DNA from: Octopus vulgaris
Lineage: Eukaryota
Assembly: GCA_951406725.2 (NCBI GenBank)
Contig: OX597818.1
Span: forward strand, 17,484,001-17,548,000
DNA: 64,000 nucleotides
Reading direction: 5' to 3'
Shown: one piece after another, positions 1-13,389 of the stretch
How the letters are laid out: each line of letters opens with the position of its first letter
How positions within the stretch are numbered: position 1 is the stretch's first letter
Position numbers and translations under genes: made by a program
The notes under the pieces: generated by a model
Database searches by the model: none
Told to the model about the DNA's origin: nothing
What the model saw: only the letters and a program-made list of their open reading frames with translations

Positions 1-310
1 CAGTAAACTGAGTAAAAATATGGAAATCATGTGTTTGCTCCGGAACAGTAATATCGTTTTTACAGCCTACAGATCAAGGAATACAAACCTATTCACTACA
101 CGCTGGAGGTTATCTCCTGATGAGCTAAGTAGCACCATGTCGTCTGCAAAAATCAACCGACCGATCCTACACTTAGTGGCTGGAATACCACTTTCACAAT
201 GGCTGCGTGTGTCAATCCAGTTCATAAAAATTATGAAAAGAAATGACAATACACACTGTGTAACGCAATTTTTATCCTTGGATAACAACTGTTATTTCCT
301 ATTTGCTATA
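1..310 (-). mobile_element. Non-LTR retrotransposon reverse transcriptase fragment (RTE-like)
   Basis: ORF 67-288 contains RLIFADDMVLLSSSGDNLQRVVNRF (Y/FADD RT motif). Disrupted. Confidence 0.8.
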
Positions 311-1343
311 CCCCTAGAAAATATGAAGAATGGCTATTTCCTTAAAACTTTGCTTTTCTTACATTTAGTCAAACCCTAAAAAATCCCTCTCAACATATGG
401 CTATGATGCGCCCCCACTACTCCTGCTCATGATAAGAGATGCATATATTGCCAGGCACTAAGGGACATGTTCAAGTGGTTAAGATCAAGCAACTGACAAG
501 GGAATGTGTGATATTGTGCAGAATACTCAGCGACGAATCTGTTTGAAATTTAATGGAAAATAGATCAGTTTCAAAACATTGATGTCCAGGTTACGAAAGC
601 AAAGCTTGAAGGGATTAGTAGTCATTTCCTTTGATTTCTAGATAGAAACAAATAGGAAAAAATACTTACTGACCAAAATAAAATAATACCAAAAATGAAA
701 TTAAAACTTTGTTACAAAGTGTAGTTCATTTTAAGGTTGTTGTTTATTTTTTCCAGAATCTTTGCGCAAACAATTGCAAACAATTACAACAGGAGAAAAT
801 GCAATTTTATGGGTTAAAGTTTTGAAATATCTTTTATATTACAAAAGATGTCATTGAAAATATTCATGAATCAAAGAAGATGACATCAAGCAACACGCGA
901 GTTGTTTGACGTATTTTACCGCACTGTGCTTTTTTTATATGCGCTACAGAAAAGCATAATATTTCATTTCTAATTTTAAAATTCTATTGTTGAATGATAA
1001 TTTTAAAAGTAGTTGAACGGTGCACGTCAATCAGTTGAGTGACCTTTCCTTGGATGCGATGTCAGATTTTTGTGTATGTAGCCGCAGTAACGTCCAAGTT
1101 CTGTAAGCAACACTCCATTGTGGGTTTCATATGAACTTAATAGAAGGTTAGTATTTGATGAGGGTTGAAGTATGTTCAGGCTCCGGAGAAGAAAGCCAGT
1201 CTCCGGAGAAGAAAGCCAGGTACCTTGTAGATGTAGGTAGAGTCTACCTACTAGTGAATAACATAGTCAGCTGATAATATTTAGCTGAATAACTGATCAT
1301 TTCGTTAACTTGGTGTATTGATTTCATACCCTACCTTTTTCCT

Positions 1344-1727
1344 TTGGCACTCCGTCGGTTACGACGACGAGGGTTCCAGTTGATCCGATCAACGGAACAG
1401 CCTGCTCGTGAAATTAACGTGCAAGTGGCTGAGCACTCCACAGACACGCGTACCCTTAACGTAGTCCTCGGGGAGATTCAGCATGACACAGAGTGTGACA
1501 AGGCTGGCTTTTTGAAATACACGTACAACAGAAACAGGGAGAAAGAGTGAGAGAAAGTTGTGGTGAAAGAATACAGCAGGGTTCGCCACCTACCCGCTGC
1601 CGGAGCGTCGTGGAGTTTTAGGTGTTTTCGCTCAATAAACACTCACAACGCCCGGTCTTGGCATCGAAACCGCGATCCTACGACCACGAGTCCGTTGCCC
1701 TAACCACTGGGCCATTGCGCCTCCACC
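1344..1727 (-). mobile_element. tRNA-derived SINE (related copies at ~1898-2200, 29960-30253, 33925-34188, 55132-55433)
   Basis: Minus strand starts GTGGAGGCGCAATGGCCCAGTGGTTAGGG with an A box and a B-box-like GGTTTCGATGCC. The head and body recur in the window with different 3' modules. Confidence 0.85.
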
Positions 1728-2238
1728 GTACACTACCAATTCACCAAAAATATACAACACCTTCATCTCCCCCAACAAACACCACTGCCAGCATCATTCC
1801 CACAATCATCATCCGTAACAAAAAGCTGAATACAAAGCACCAAGAACAGGGGAATCTTTCTCGATCACTTGCTCCATTACTTATGAAAAAAAAAGGAACT
1901 GGCGCTCCGTTGGTTATGACGTCTAGTATCCCAGTTGATCCGATCAACGGAACAGCCTGCTCATGAAATTAACATGCAGGTGGCTGAGCACTCCACAGAA
2001 AAGTGTACCCTTAATGTAGTTCTCAGGAAGACAGAATACGACAAGTCTAGCTCCTTATAGGTGTCCCTCATTTTTGCCAGCTGAGACTGGTGGAACGAGA
2101 AATAAAGTATCTCGCTCAAGGACACAACGCGTCGCCGGGAATTGAACTTACGACCTTGCGATCGTAAGCCGAATACCTTAACCACTAAGCCACTTGCGTC
2201 ATTATAACTGCCTTAATCACTCCGTATTGTCTTTAAAA

Positions 2239-2575
2239 GTGAAGGCGCATGGCTCAGTGGTTAGAGCGTCGAGCTTACGATCGTGAGGTTTTGAGTTCGA
2301 ATCCCGGACCGGGTTGCGTATTGTGTTCTTGAGCAAGACACTTTATTTCACGTTGCTCCAGTTCACTCAGCTGTAGAAATGAGTTGCGACGTCACCGGTG
2401 CCAAGCTGTATCGGCTCTTGCCTTTCCCTTGGATAACACTGGTGGCGTGGAGAGGGAGGCCAGTATGCATGGGCGACTGCTGGTCTTCCATAAACAATCT
2501 TGCCCGGACTTGTGCCTCGGAGGGTAACTTTCTAGGTGCAATCCCACGGTCAGTCATGACCGAAGGGGGTTTCAA
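2239..2575 (+). mobile_element. Full-length tRNA-derived SINE with 14-bp TSD (degenerate copy at ~17395-17730)
   Basis: A box TGGCTCAGTGG, B box GAGTTCGAATCC, CORE/Meta-like centre (TTGAGCAAGACACTT...CAGCTGTAGAAATG). TSD TATTGTCTTTAAAA at 2225-2238 and 2576-2589. Confidence 0.92.
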
Positions 2576-2823
2576 TATTGTCTTTAAAACAAAAAAAAAC
2601 GATGGGATTGTAAAGGGTTGAAACAGCGTTGATTGTAATTGTCTAAGATCAGAGCAGACTCGGGACAAAACGACAAAGAAGATCATCACAACACATTCTA
2701 TAAAAAGGATGACAACGTAACCACCACAACCGCGTCTACCACTACTATTAATAGATAATCGTCACCATCGCTACTGACCATCGTCGATACCAGCACAAGC
2801 ACTGTCATCGCCGCCACCTCATT

Positions 2824-3990
<1,167 letters not shown>

Positions 3991-4167
3991 AACTGCTAGC
4001 ATAGTCACAACTGCCATCTCTACAGCCACTAATATAAGTAACCATATGTTTAATATCTTGCAAGAATTGATATTGACCATATGGCCAATTGTTTTCTTTT
4101 TGTGTATAAAAAAAAATTTCTGTGCATATATACATGAGTATATACATGAGTACATACATACATACAT

Positions 4168-4214
<47 letters not shown>

Positions 4215-4284
4215 GACACACATGTATATATATATATATATATATATATTCAACTCCATTCTTTCATATACTTATAATTTTAAA

Positions 4285-4315
<31 letters not shown>

Positions 4316-4345
4316 CACCTACATATATATATGTGTGTGTATATA

Positions 4346-4805
4346 GGCGCAGGAGTGGCTGTGTGTTAAGAAGCTTGCTTCCCAACCACATGGTTCCGGT
4401 TCAAGTCCCACTGCATGGCACCTTGGGCAAGTGTCTTCAACTATAGCCTCAGGCCGACCAAACCCTTATGAGTGGATTTGGTAGATGGAAACTGAAAGAA
4501 GCCCGTCATATCTGTGTGTATATTTGTGTGTGTGTGTGTATGTGTGTGCGTGTGTGTGTGTATGTGTGTGTGTCTGTGTGTGTGTCTGTGTGTGTGTCTG
4601 TGTGTGTTTCCCCCCACCATTGCTTGATAACCAATGCAGGTGTGTTTTACATCCCCATAACTTAGTGGTTCAGCAAAAGAAACCGATAGAATAAGTACTA
4701 GGCTCACAAAGAATAAGTCTTGGGATCAATTTGTTTGATTAAAGGCAGTGCTCCAGCATGGCCGCATCAAATGACTGAAACAAATAAAAAGAAAAAAAGA
4801 AAAAT
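4346..4805 (+). mobile_element. Abundant octopus-type tRNA SINE with internal (TG)n/(TA)n; further copies ~8852-9261(+), 32953-33297(+), 40760-41118(-), 54175-54585(-), 56590-57013(-), 57510-57690(+), 58138-58946(-), 63140-63545(-)
   Basis: Head GGCGCAGGAGTGGCTGTGTGGTAAG..GGTTCAGTCCC, body GTGGATTTGGTAGACGGAAACTGAAAGAAGCCC, tail ATGACTGAAACAAGTAAAAGA, repeated many times. Confidence 0.92.
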
Positions 4806-5445
4806 TACAAGTGGGTGCTAAAAAGTTTCTGACTTTAAGCGTATTGCAAAAGGTTTGGTTGGAGGCCCAACCTTCCAAGTTCTTTTAGATGGCTTAGAAA
4901 AACTGAAGGACCAAGCAGTAAGTGTCTGAGATGGGAATATGGGATGGGAATAAAATCATAATCAAGTGGTCCTCCTGTACTTTTGTTTACTCAGAGCCAG
5001 GAACTTTTCAGCACCCCCTTGGGCTTCACCGAGGGAATGACAAGTGACCGAGACCTTTGGAGATATGCTGTGCTTGAGAAGATTTGGCAAGCCAAATGAA
5101 ACCATAATCGTGGCCTATGCCAGAGCTGTATAACCAGCCCATTTAAGAGTACCCTTCAATCATTGAACAATAAACTATGCTTGTGAAGACCTGTTGGGGC
5201 AAGTGAAATTCTTGTCATGGCCGATGACTTTTAAAATCCTCCCTGTACTGTTAACAACCCACCCATTACAGTAGTCTCGTTACATTCTGAGTTCAAATTC
5301 CGCTGAGGTCGACTTTGCCTTTCATCCTTTCGGGGTCGATAAATTAAGTACCAGTTACGCAATGGGGTCTATATAATCGACTTAATCCGTTTGTCTGTCC
5401 TTGTTTGTCCTCTCTGTGTTTAGCCCCTTGTGGGTAGTAAAGAAA

Positions 5446-5910
5446 TATATTAATAACAAGGACAACTGTTAAGCAATAACACTTTAGATCTAAAAAAATA
5501 AAGATTGTTACTTTACTCAACACGAAAGAAGTTGAAGTAAAATTTGAATGATGATGGTGATGAATTTGCTGTGCAGTAGAAATGATGATGATGAAGCTGA
5601 CAGCTGTGCCCTTTCCTGGGACACCTCTTCCACTTCTTCTGAAGGTGCAGCCGTAGTAGTAGCAGCAGGAACTGGCTCTTTTTTGCGAGGCTGCAAAAAC
5701 ATTGTGATAGGAAGTTGCTGCCACTGCTTCTTTTTCCGTTCAAAGAGCATCTTGTAGGGATTCATGACTTCGTCGACATGACTTCGTTATTATTAATATT
5801 TTAATGGATTTAATGAAAAATTTTAGGTGTTCATATATATATATTTTTTTAGAATTCCGTGAAGTCGTGAATCCACGATAGTTGAACCACGAAGTAGCAA
5901 GGGATCACTG
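5446..5910 (-). mobile_element. pogo/Tigger DNA transposon remnant
   Basis: Terminus TA|CAGTGATCCCTTGCTACTTCG on the minus strand at 5910. Peptide MNPYKMLFERKKKQWQQLPITMFLQP resembles a TIGD1-type C-terminus. Other end obscured by a SINE at ~5278-5445. Confidence 0.65.
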
Positions 5911-6926
5911 TATATCTATACACACACACATACACATAAATGTATACATATGTGTGTATGTATGCATGTATGTATGTAATTTTATGTCAAGTCACTTTCG
6001 AGTGCTACTGGTAACATGTAACCCAGTACTACCTGTTGCATGGTCGGGTCATCGGTGACTAAGCCGGCAACCCCACCAAGCTCGCTTGGTGAGGAGGGTG
6101 TTTATTGGTCACCCTGCGGGATGAGAAACAAAACCCGTCAAAGGGCAGAGGAACTCTTGAGAGTCAACGGCCATTCAATAAATGTCTTAAGGCTGTATCA
6201 TGCACGGAGACATAGAAATAATCGGATTGAATACCTGATCACGCAGTTAAACCATTGGGAGTGAAGGACTCCTAGCCTTTGTCAGGGCATCCTTCTAGAA
6301 GGCAACTCAGGTAACTGGGATAACTCCGACATAAAACCTGCGGCTCAGTGGTTACCGATGATGTTGACTTGTTCTTCTTTTCGGATTATGGCTGCTGTTG
6401 CTTAGTGAGTGGGACTGACTCAGTGCACAGCCTTTCCTTACTTAAAAAAATATCTTCTTGCACAGGCATTGCACGATAACAACATTGATTAAGCTTCGTG
6501 CAATGGCCATACTTGATAACGAGGGGGCAGCCACCATGTATGTATGTATGTATGTATGTATGTATGTATTTATGTGTGTATCATTCAAATATATGAAGTT
6601 TAGTGTTCCGTGGCTGTTCCTGGCACTGAGATTACTCATATCCAGCAGCTTCTGTTCTATGATCCATGTATCCAAAGGCACAATACAAGCAGTATTATAC
6701 TGAGCAGTTCGGAAACAATGAACATAACAGGAAATTTTGTTAAAATCTTTTATTCATTTTTCTTTTTTTTTTTCTGAAATATGAGAAAATGATGTCACAA
6801 AATAATTCTCTTTTAATTTAATACATGTTGATTGGGTGTATGCAAATATATGAATGTATGTATGTGTATATATTTGTGTGTGTGTGTGTGTGTGTGTGCA
6901 TGCATGTGTGCGTGTGTGTACATGTA

Positions 6927-6959
<33 letters not shown>

Positions 6960-7096
6960 AGTAGTGTATGTGAGTGGATGTAAATATATGTCTGCAAAGA
7001 TATGTATATATTCTAACAGAGTGGTTGCTTCTGAAAGTCAATGCTTATATTCCCATGTACACATTACTCTGTGGCTAAAACAAACACAAGACACGT

Positions 7097-7133
<37 letters not shown>

Positions 7134-7246
7134 CACACATGCATAGAAATGAAACACAGACAGGTGTGTGTGTGTATATATATATATATATACATCCACA
7201 CATATATTCATATAGTTTTGGGATATTTTTGCTGCTTTTTAATAAA

Positions 7247-7295
<49 letters not shown>

Positions 7296-8256
7296 CATAT
7301 ATATATGTTTATAAATATATATATACACACATATATATATTTATACATATACACACACACACATATATATTTAAACATATATATATATGTGTATAAATAT
7401 ATATATGTGGGTATATATGTGTGTGTACATAGATAGGTGTGTTTCTGTGTTTCTGTGTGTGCGTGTGTCTGTGTGTATGTGTGTGTGTGTACACATACAC
7501 ACAAGTGTTTGTATGATGCCTGTCTGTGAATATAGGATAGCTTGTAGATATTTATGAGTGGATATCTGTATGTGCGTGTGATATGTGTATAAATGTGTGA
7601 GACCACTGTATACATGGATCGATATGACGGAAATTCTAGAGGAAACTGTGGTGTTTATATAAAAATGTATGCGTACGTATGTATGCTTATATTAAAACGC
7701 ATATGCATATATGTGTGCATGTGTGTTTACATGACTGCATGTGAGTGTTTGTGTGTGGTAATATTAAAACATACGCATCTGTGTGTGTATGTGTGTGTGT
7801 GTGTGTGTGTACACATACATCCACATATATGTTTTATGAACGTAAATTCTTCTCTAGAATTTTCATCCTGTCAAGCAATGTACACAGTATTCGTAAAGGT
7901 TAAAACAAGTCTCCATCATAAAAAAAAAAGAAACATTTCTTGATGGCTTAAAGAATTTTCCAGTATATAAAAATAAACAAAGCAAACAAAACAATATAAT
8001 GTTGATCAGCAAACAGCTTTTGGTGCGAAGAATGCAAAATGGCAGTTCTATGGTTTGTTCATCAATCCTGCAAAAATGTAAAAAAACTGTCATCATTAAA
8101 CTAACAAAATAAGTAAGGAAAACCAACAGACGATGTTTGCAGTTACCTCTAGTGCACACAATTTCTGCAACTGTATGCCTGATCACTTAAAAATCACCAG
8201 ACATATCAGAACATCCACAATACCAAACCACCAAGTTTTGTCTTGCAGCATGTTAA

Positions 8257-8477
8257 CCCTTTAGTGTTCGCATTATTCTGCCAAAACTAATGCTTTTTTG
8301 TCCTCATTGTTTTGAACTAATCATGCATTATCTTGAGGCTATGAGATTTTGATGAGGTAGCTGTTAATTTTTAAAATGATATTGTAGGATTGGTGTGAGA
8401 GACCAGATCTGGCCAGTTTTAACATAAAACAGGCAGAATACTTTTGGCCAGATATGGCCGGTTTAAATGCTAAAGGG
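8257..8477. mobile_element. piggyBac-like MITE (second copy ~15345-15563)
   Basis: TTAA|CCCTTTAG ... CTAAAGGG|TTAA: TTAA TSD and CCC/GGG termini. Confidence 0.8.
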
Positions 8478-9525
8478 TTAAACCACTGACAAGCATTTCA
8501 ACCAGCCATGGGCAAAGTGTGGCCCTAGTGACTTTCTGATTGGCACACCAATGGAAAATAAACTTGAATATTTGTTAGTAGTCTGACCCATCAGATGGTG
8601 ATGTTTCATGTCTCATGCAGTCTGCTTGTTGAAAAATTTTGCTCATACCTGATCTAAATACATCATCAATAATATCAAAATGCTAACACAACCACATGAC
8701 TAAAATAATTACATGTCCAAATCATCCACAAACACCTAAACACATCAACATTATGCCACAACATTACTACATCAAGATGTCAGTCACACAAAAAGGATAA
8801 AGTTCCTGCACAAATCATATAGACACATAGAGATAGTGTCCTAGATTCTTAGGCATAGGAGTGGCTGTGTGGTAAGTAGCTTGCTTACCAACAACATGGT
8901 TCCGGGTTCAGTCCCACTGCGTGGCACTTTGGGCAAGTGTCTTCTACTATAGCCTCGGGCTGACCAAAGCCTTGTGAGTGGATTTGGTAGACGGAAACTG
9001 AAAGAAGCCCGTCATATATATGTATGTGTATATATATGTGTGCGTGTATGTTTGTGTGTCTGTGTTTGTCCCCCTAGCATTGCTTGACAACAGATGCTGG
9101 TGTGTTTATGTCCCTGTCACTTAGCAGTTTGGCAAAAGAGACCGATAGAATAAGTACTGGGCTTACAAAGAATAAGTCCCAGGGTCGAGTTGCTCGACTA
9201 AAAGTGGTGCTCCAGCATGGCCATAGTCAACTGACTGAAACAAGTAAAAGAGTAAAAGAGTATATATTTCCCACTGTTCATTTTTGCTGAGTTGACTGGA
9301 GCAATCTGAAATAAAGTGCTTTGCTCAAGAACACAACACATCTCCCAGTTCAGGAATCAAAACCACAATCTTACAATCATGAGTCCAACACCCCTAACCA
9401 CTAAGCCACACACTTCCACTTGATCATACAACTGAGATCATAATCATGATACAATAATACAAACCGGACATTTACTGCTCATCTGAAGTGTCTTCAGCAT
9501 CCATGTCAGTTTCACTTAACTACTG

Positions 9526-9541
9526 TTACTGGTCAGCTTCC
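9526..9541 (-). CDS. DNAI2: Candidate terminal coding exon of DNAI2
   Basis: U-rich tract ...tatttattgttgaag|G GAA GCT GAC CAG TAA gives (K)EADQ* in the correct phase. Based only on splice signal and phase. Confidence 0.4.
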
Positions 9542-10339
9542 CTTCAACAATAAATAGCAGAATGACATAAAGAGCATATACAGATGTATCACATACAGAA
9601 ATAATGTTTGTCTATCTAACTGACAGTTCCTTTGTCTACCAAGTTCTACAGCCTAAGCATTAGTCAATCAGAGGCCATAACAGAAGATTTAGTGCTTTAG
9701 AATCAAACTTGCTACTACATGGCAAGTACCATCATTATCATCATCCCATTTTTCCAAGATTGCATGAGTTGGATGAAACTTGCTGAGGCAGATTTTCTAG
9801 TTGGGCACCCTTCCTCTTACCATCTATTACCTGTTGCCAAGTAAAGTAACATTTCCTGATGTCTAGTTAAAAGGATTCCTTAAGAATCGAGGGACATCAC
9901 CATGTAGAATGCCACTAATTGGCTAGATAAAAGTGACACAGAGCAGACAGCAAAACAGTCCATCAACATAGACACCAATTATACAAGCTGGATGCTGCTG
10001 TTTAATAATTCTCAATTCCAATTATTTACCAACAATAGGGGAATTTTGGGTTTGGCACAAGTATAATAAATAATCCTTTCTGCTATAGGTATAGTCTGAA
10101 ATTTCAGGTAGAGGCTAGCCAGTTACAGTAACTCCAGTGAGTAACTAGCACTTATTTATTAACTTTGAAAAGATGACTGGCAAATCAACCTCAGTGGAAT
10201 TTGAACTCAGAATGTAAAGATGGATGAAATACTGCTAAGCATTCTACCCAGGATTATAAATATTCTGCCAGTTCTTCACTGAAGTATAATTGGCCTTGTT
10301 AAGAATACCCATGATGTGTTGGGTGATATGATATGCTTG

Positions 10340-10780
10340 AGAAGACCTATTCAGTCAAGTAAAACCAATATTGTAGTTGTGGCCAGTGCCCACTGACTGG
10401 TTCCTATGCCGGTGGTACGTAAAAAACACCATCCAAACGTGGTCAATGCCAGGTCTGCCTGACTGGCTCCCATGCCGGTAGCACGTAAAAAGCACCAACT
10501 GACTGTGGCCAATGCCAGTACCTCCTGACTGGCTCTTGTGCCGGTGGCACGTAAAAAGCACCATCCAAACATGAGCCAGGCCCACTTGACTGGCTCCTGT
10601 GTCCGTGGCTCGTAAAAAACACCCAGTACTCTCTCGGAGTGGTTGGCATTAGGAAGGGCATCCAGCTGTAGAAACATTGCCAAATCAGATTGGTGCAGCC
10701 GCTGGCTCTCCAGACCTCAGTCAAACCGTCCAACCCATGCCAGCATAGAAAATGGATGTTAAACGATGATGATGATGATG
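10340..10780 (+). mobile_element. SINE/LINE-tail repeat family with internal tandem GCCGGTGGCACGTAAAAAGCACC units and (GAT)n tail; copies ~11812-12270(-), 26660-26910, 29365-29615(-), 39430-39700(-), 40070-40430, 45470-45640
   Basis: Shared 3' end GGCATTAGGAAGGGCATCCAGCTGTAGAAAC...CCAACCCATGCCAGCATGGAAA...GATGATGAT. Confidence 0.85.
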
Positions 10781-10889
10781 TAATCTATTATGACTACATT
10801 AAATAAAGATTTCTAGTGAAACAATTGTTGTAAATTTAAACATCACTCATCTATTATTTATTATGATTATAATATATGTATATAATTAG

Positions 10890-11790
10890 TTGTCAAAACC
10901 TGCTTGGGAAGGACCTCCCTTAGATTAGTAAGCATTTCACACAATCCCATAGGTACAGATGGTTATTTGATAAACACAAATTAAGGGTTTCATGCAGCTG
11001 TGAGTCCAGTGTAAAAAAGATTTTAGTGGATGCCCCTATACCCAGCTTAGAGACAAGAAGCTCGTATAGGCTTAACAGTGAGTGCCTTGTAGGGAGTCAA
11101 TGCAACTCCAAGGCTGTGCTCTATGAGGCAAAGGTGGTGTATGGCTGTAACAGCAGCAATGACAGCAGTAGCAGCAACAACAACAGCAGCAGCACCAACA
11201 ATATAAGGACACATACACACAGTGGGAGCAATGGAGAACCATTTTAAACTGCAACTGAATAACCATAAGTCCTCTTTTAGAATCCCAGAGAGGTGGAAGG
11301 TTACATCTTTGCCAACTGCATATGGCATTTAAAAGAAGAGGAAATGCCATACAGAATTAAATGGAAGCTCCTGCAACAGCCAGGACTATACCTCAATGGG
11401 AATTGCTGATGCAAACTTTGCATGGCCAAGAGGGTAAGTATCCTAAAATGTTTTCTTGATCTAGAGTTCTTGAATTCAAAAAGTGAAATGTCTAGTCAGT
11501 GCCCTCATGAACAAAAATTTATGTTAGAAATACGGGATTCCCTGCCTGCTGACTAGTGAACAGAAACCATACATAAGCTGTCCATTTTCAGACACAACTG
11601 GAACCATTCAAAGGGAGATAACATCGTATCTCCCAGAAAGGGTTTTCACTAAGAACAATTTCATTTCAGAGGTTTTTTTTCTCACCATCATGCTGATCAA
11701 GACTGTATTCTTACCTCCATTACTTAAGAGGTTATGTGGTAAGAGCAATAAAAAATGTGAAACCAACTGATAACTTTCTGACCAGCCATA
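10890..11790 (+). mobile_element. Penelope-like element, degenerate GIY-YIG endonuclease region and 3' UTR
   Basis: Frameshifted CLVGSQCNSKAVLYEAKV...FKLQLNNHKSSFR...CIWHLKEEEMPYRIKWKLL...CKLCMAKRVSIL...LNSKSEMSSQCPH, the typical C-terminus of a PLE ORF. Confidence 0.8.
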
Positions 11791-12336
11791 ACCAATGACT
11801 ACATTATATATATCATCATCATCATCATCATCATCGTTTAATGTCCATTCTCCATGCTAGCATGGGTTGGACGGTTCGACCGGGGATCTGGGAAGCCAGA
11901 AGGCTGCACCAGGCTCCGGTCTTATCTGGCAATGTTTCTACAGCTGGATGCCCCACCTAACGCCAACCACTCCGTGAGTGTAGTGGGTGCTTTTTACATG
12001 CCACCTGCACTGGTGCCAGGCGAGGCTGGCATCGGCCACGGTCGGATTGGTGCATTTTACGTGCCACCTGCACGGAAGCCAGTTGAGGCAGCACTGGCTT
12101 CGGCCACGATTCGGATGGTGCTTTTTACGTGCCACCGTTACGGAAGCCAGTCGAGGCGGCGCTGGCATCGGCCACGATTCGGATAGTGCTTTTTACGTAT
12201 CTCCAGTCCAGGGGTCCTGGCATCTGCCGAGTGCCAGTCATAGGATTTCACTTGCCCCAACAGGTCTTTGGTAAAACGGTAAGATAACAAAAGAAAGAAA
12301 GAGACCTCAATATTATGTAAATAGAGGAAATTTATC

Positions 12337-12540
12337 TATACAATAATATGTTACATTACTCGGTAGTCAAGATAAAACTCTGAGTTTCAGATGCCGAAGT
12401 GGAAATCCACAACACCATCTCTTCGGTTATCTGGCTATTTCCAGAAATAGCCAGATAACAGAAGAGATGGTGTTGTGGATTTCCACTTCGGCATCTGAAA
12501 CTCAGAGTTTTATCTTGACTATCAAGTAATGTAACATATT

Positions 12541-12548
<8 letters not shown>
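12337..12548. repeat. Long palindrome, 105-bp arms, 2-nt loop
   Basis: Arms are reverse-complementary with about 3 mismatches; axis at 12442-12443. Confidence 0.95.
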
Positions 12549-12584
<36 letters not shown>

Positions 12585-12646
12585 TCAGTCACTCAGCTGT
12601 AATCATATTAAAATCAATCATAACTGCAATACAAACAGAAACTTAC

Positions 12647-12697
12647 TTTTCAGCTCCTGCTTCACTTTGAGGTGCTGCTTTTTCCTTGTCATCTCCC
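12647..12697 (-). CDS. DNAI2: Probable DNAI2 exon (charged low-complexity tail)
   Basis: tctttctattcttaaag|GGGAGAT...GAAAA|gtaagt. Translates (A)GDDKEKAAPQSEAGAE. 51 nt, phase 2 to 2, compatible with the previous exon. No homology support. Confidence 0.7.
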
Positions 12698-12924
12698 CTT
12701 TAAGAATAGAAAGATAATAATAAGTTGTGGAGCTATATAAGACATAAAGTAATGATGTTGTCTTACAAGCTCACCTACGAGATATGAATATAACGCAAAT
12801 GTTACCATAGTAATGGATAAGTAATAACTAGTAAATAATAGTCACTAAAGGAATGAATAATGCAGAATGAGAAGAAAGTGAGTGAGATTACTGAGTCCTT
12901 CCTAAGCAATAATACAACAGACTG

Positions 12925-13005
12925 TGAGAGAGAGAGAGAGATACATAGACAGATAGGCAGACAGACAGGCGATAGATAGACAGATAGATAGATAGATAGA
13001 TAGAC

Positions 13006-13061
<56 letters not shown>

Positions 13062-13105
13062 GGATAGACAGACAGACAGACAGATAGACAGACAGACAGA
13101 CAGGC

Positions 13106-13136
<31 letters not shown>

Positions 13137-13181
13137 GATAGATAGATAGATGGATAGACAGACAGACAGACAGACAGGCGA

Positions 13182-13215
<34 letters not shown>

Positions 13216-13246
13216 TGCAGACAGGTAGGCAGAGAGGCAGGCAGGC

Positions 13247-13285
<39 letters not shown>

Positions 13286-13385
13286 TAGATAGATAGATAG
13301 ATAGATAAACAGACAGGCATACAAACAGGCAGATTGACAGATAAATGATAAACACATGGATGGATGTATAGAGACAGACAGACAA
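12925..13385. repeat. (GATA)n/(GACA)n tetranucleotide array
   Basis: Direct reading. Confidence 0.97.
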
Positions 13386-13389
13386 AGTA

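Noticed and set aside
1181-1219. Direct repeat CTCCGGAGAAGAAAGCCAG x2
   Set aside because: A simple two-copy slippage duplication with no further structure.
2244-2316. tRNA-gene-like sequence
   Set aside because: It continues into a SINE body bounded by a 14-bp TSD and has no proper acceptor stem, so it is a SINE head. The same holds for 1655-1727 and similar heads.
5517-5765. Acidic ORF as a possible further DNAI2 exon
   Set aside because: It is better explained as a Tigger transposase C-terminus next to a pogo-type terminus.
12801-12814. RFX X-box-like GTTACCATAGTAAT in a ciliary gene
   Set aside because: It has a mismatch in the critical AAC half-site and lies near the 3' end, far from the promoter; such a match is expected by chance.
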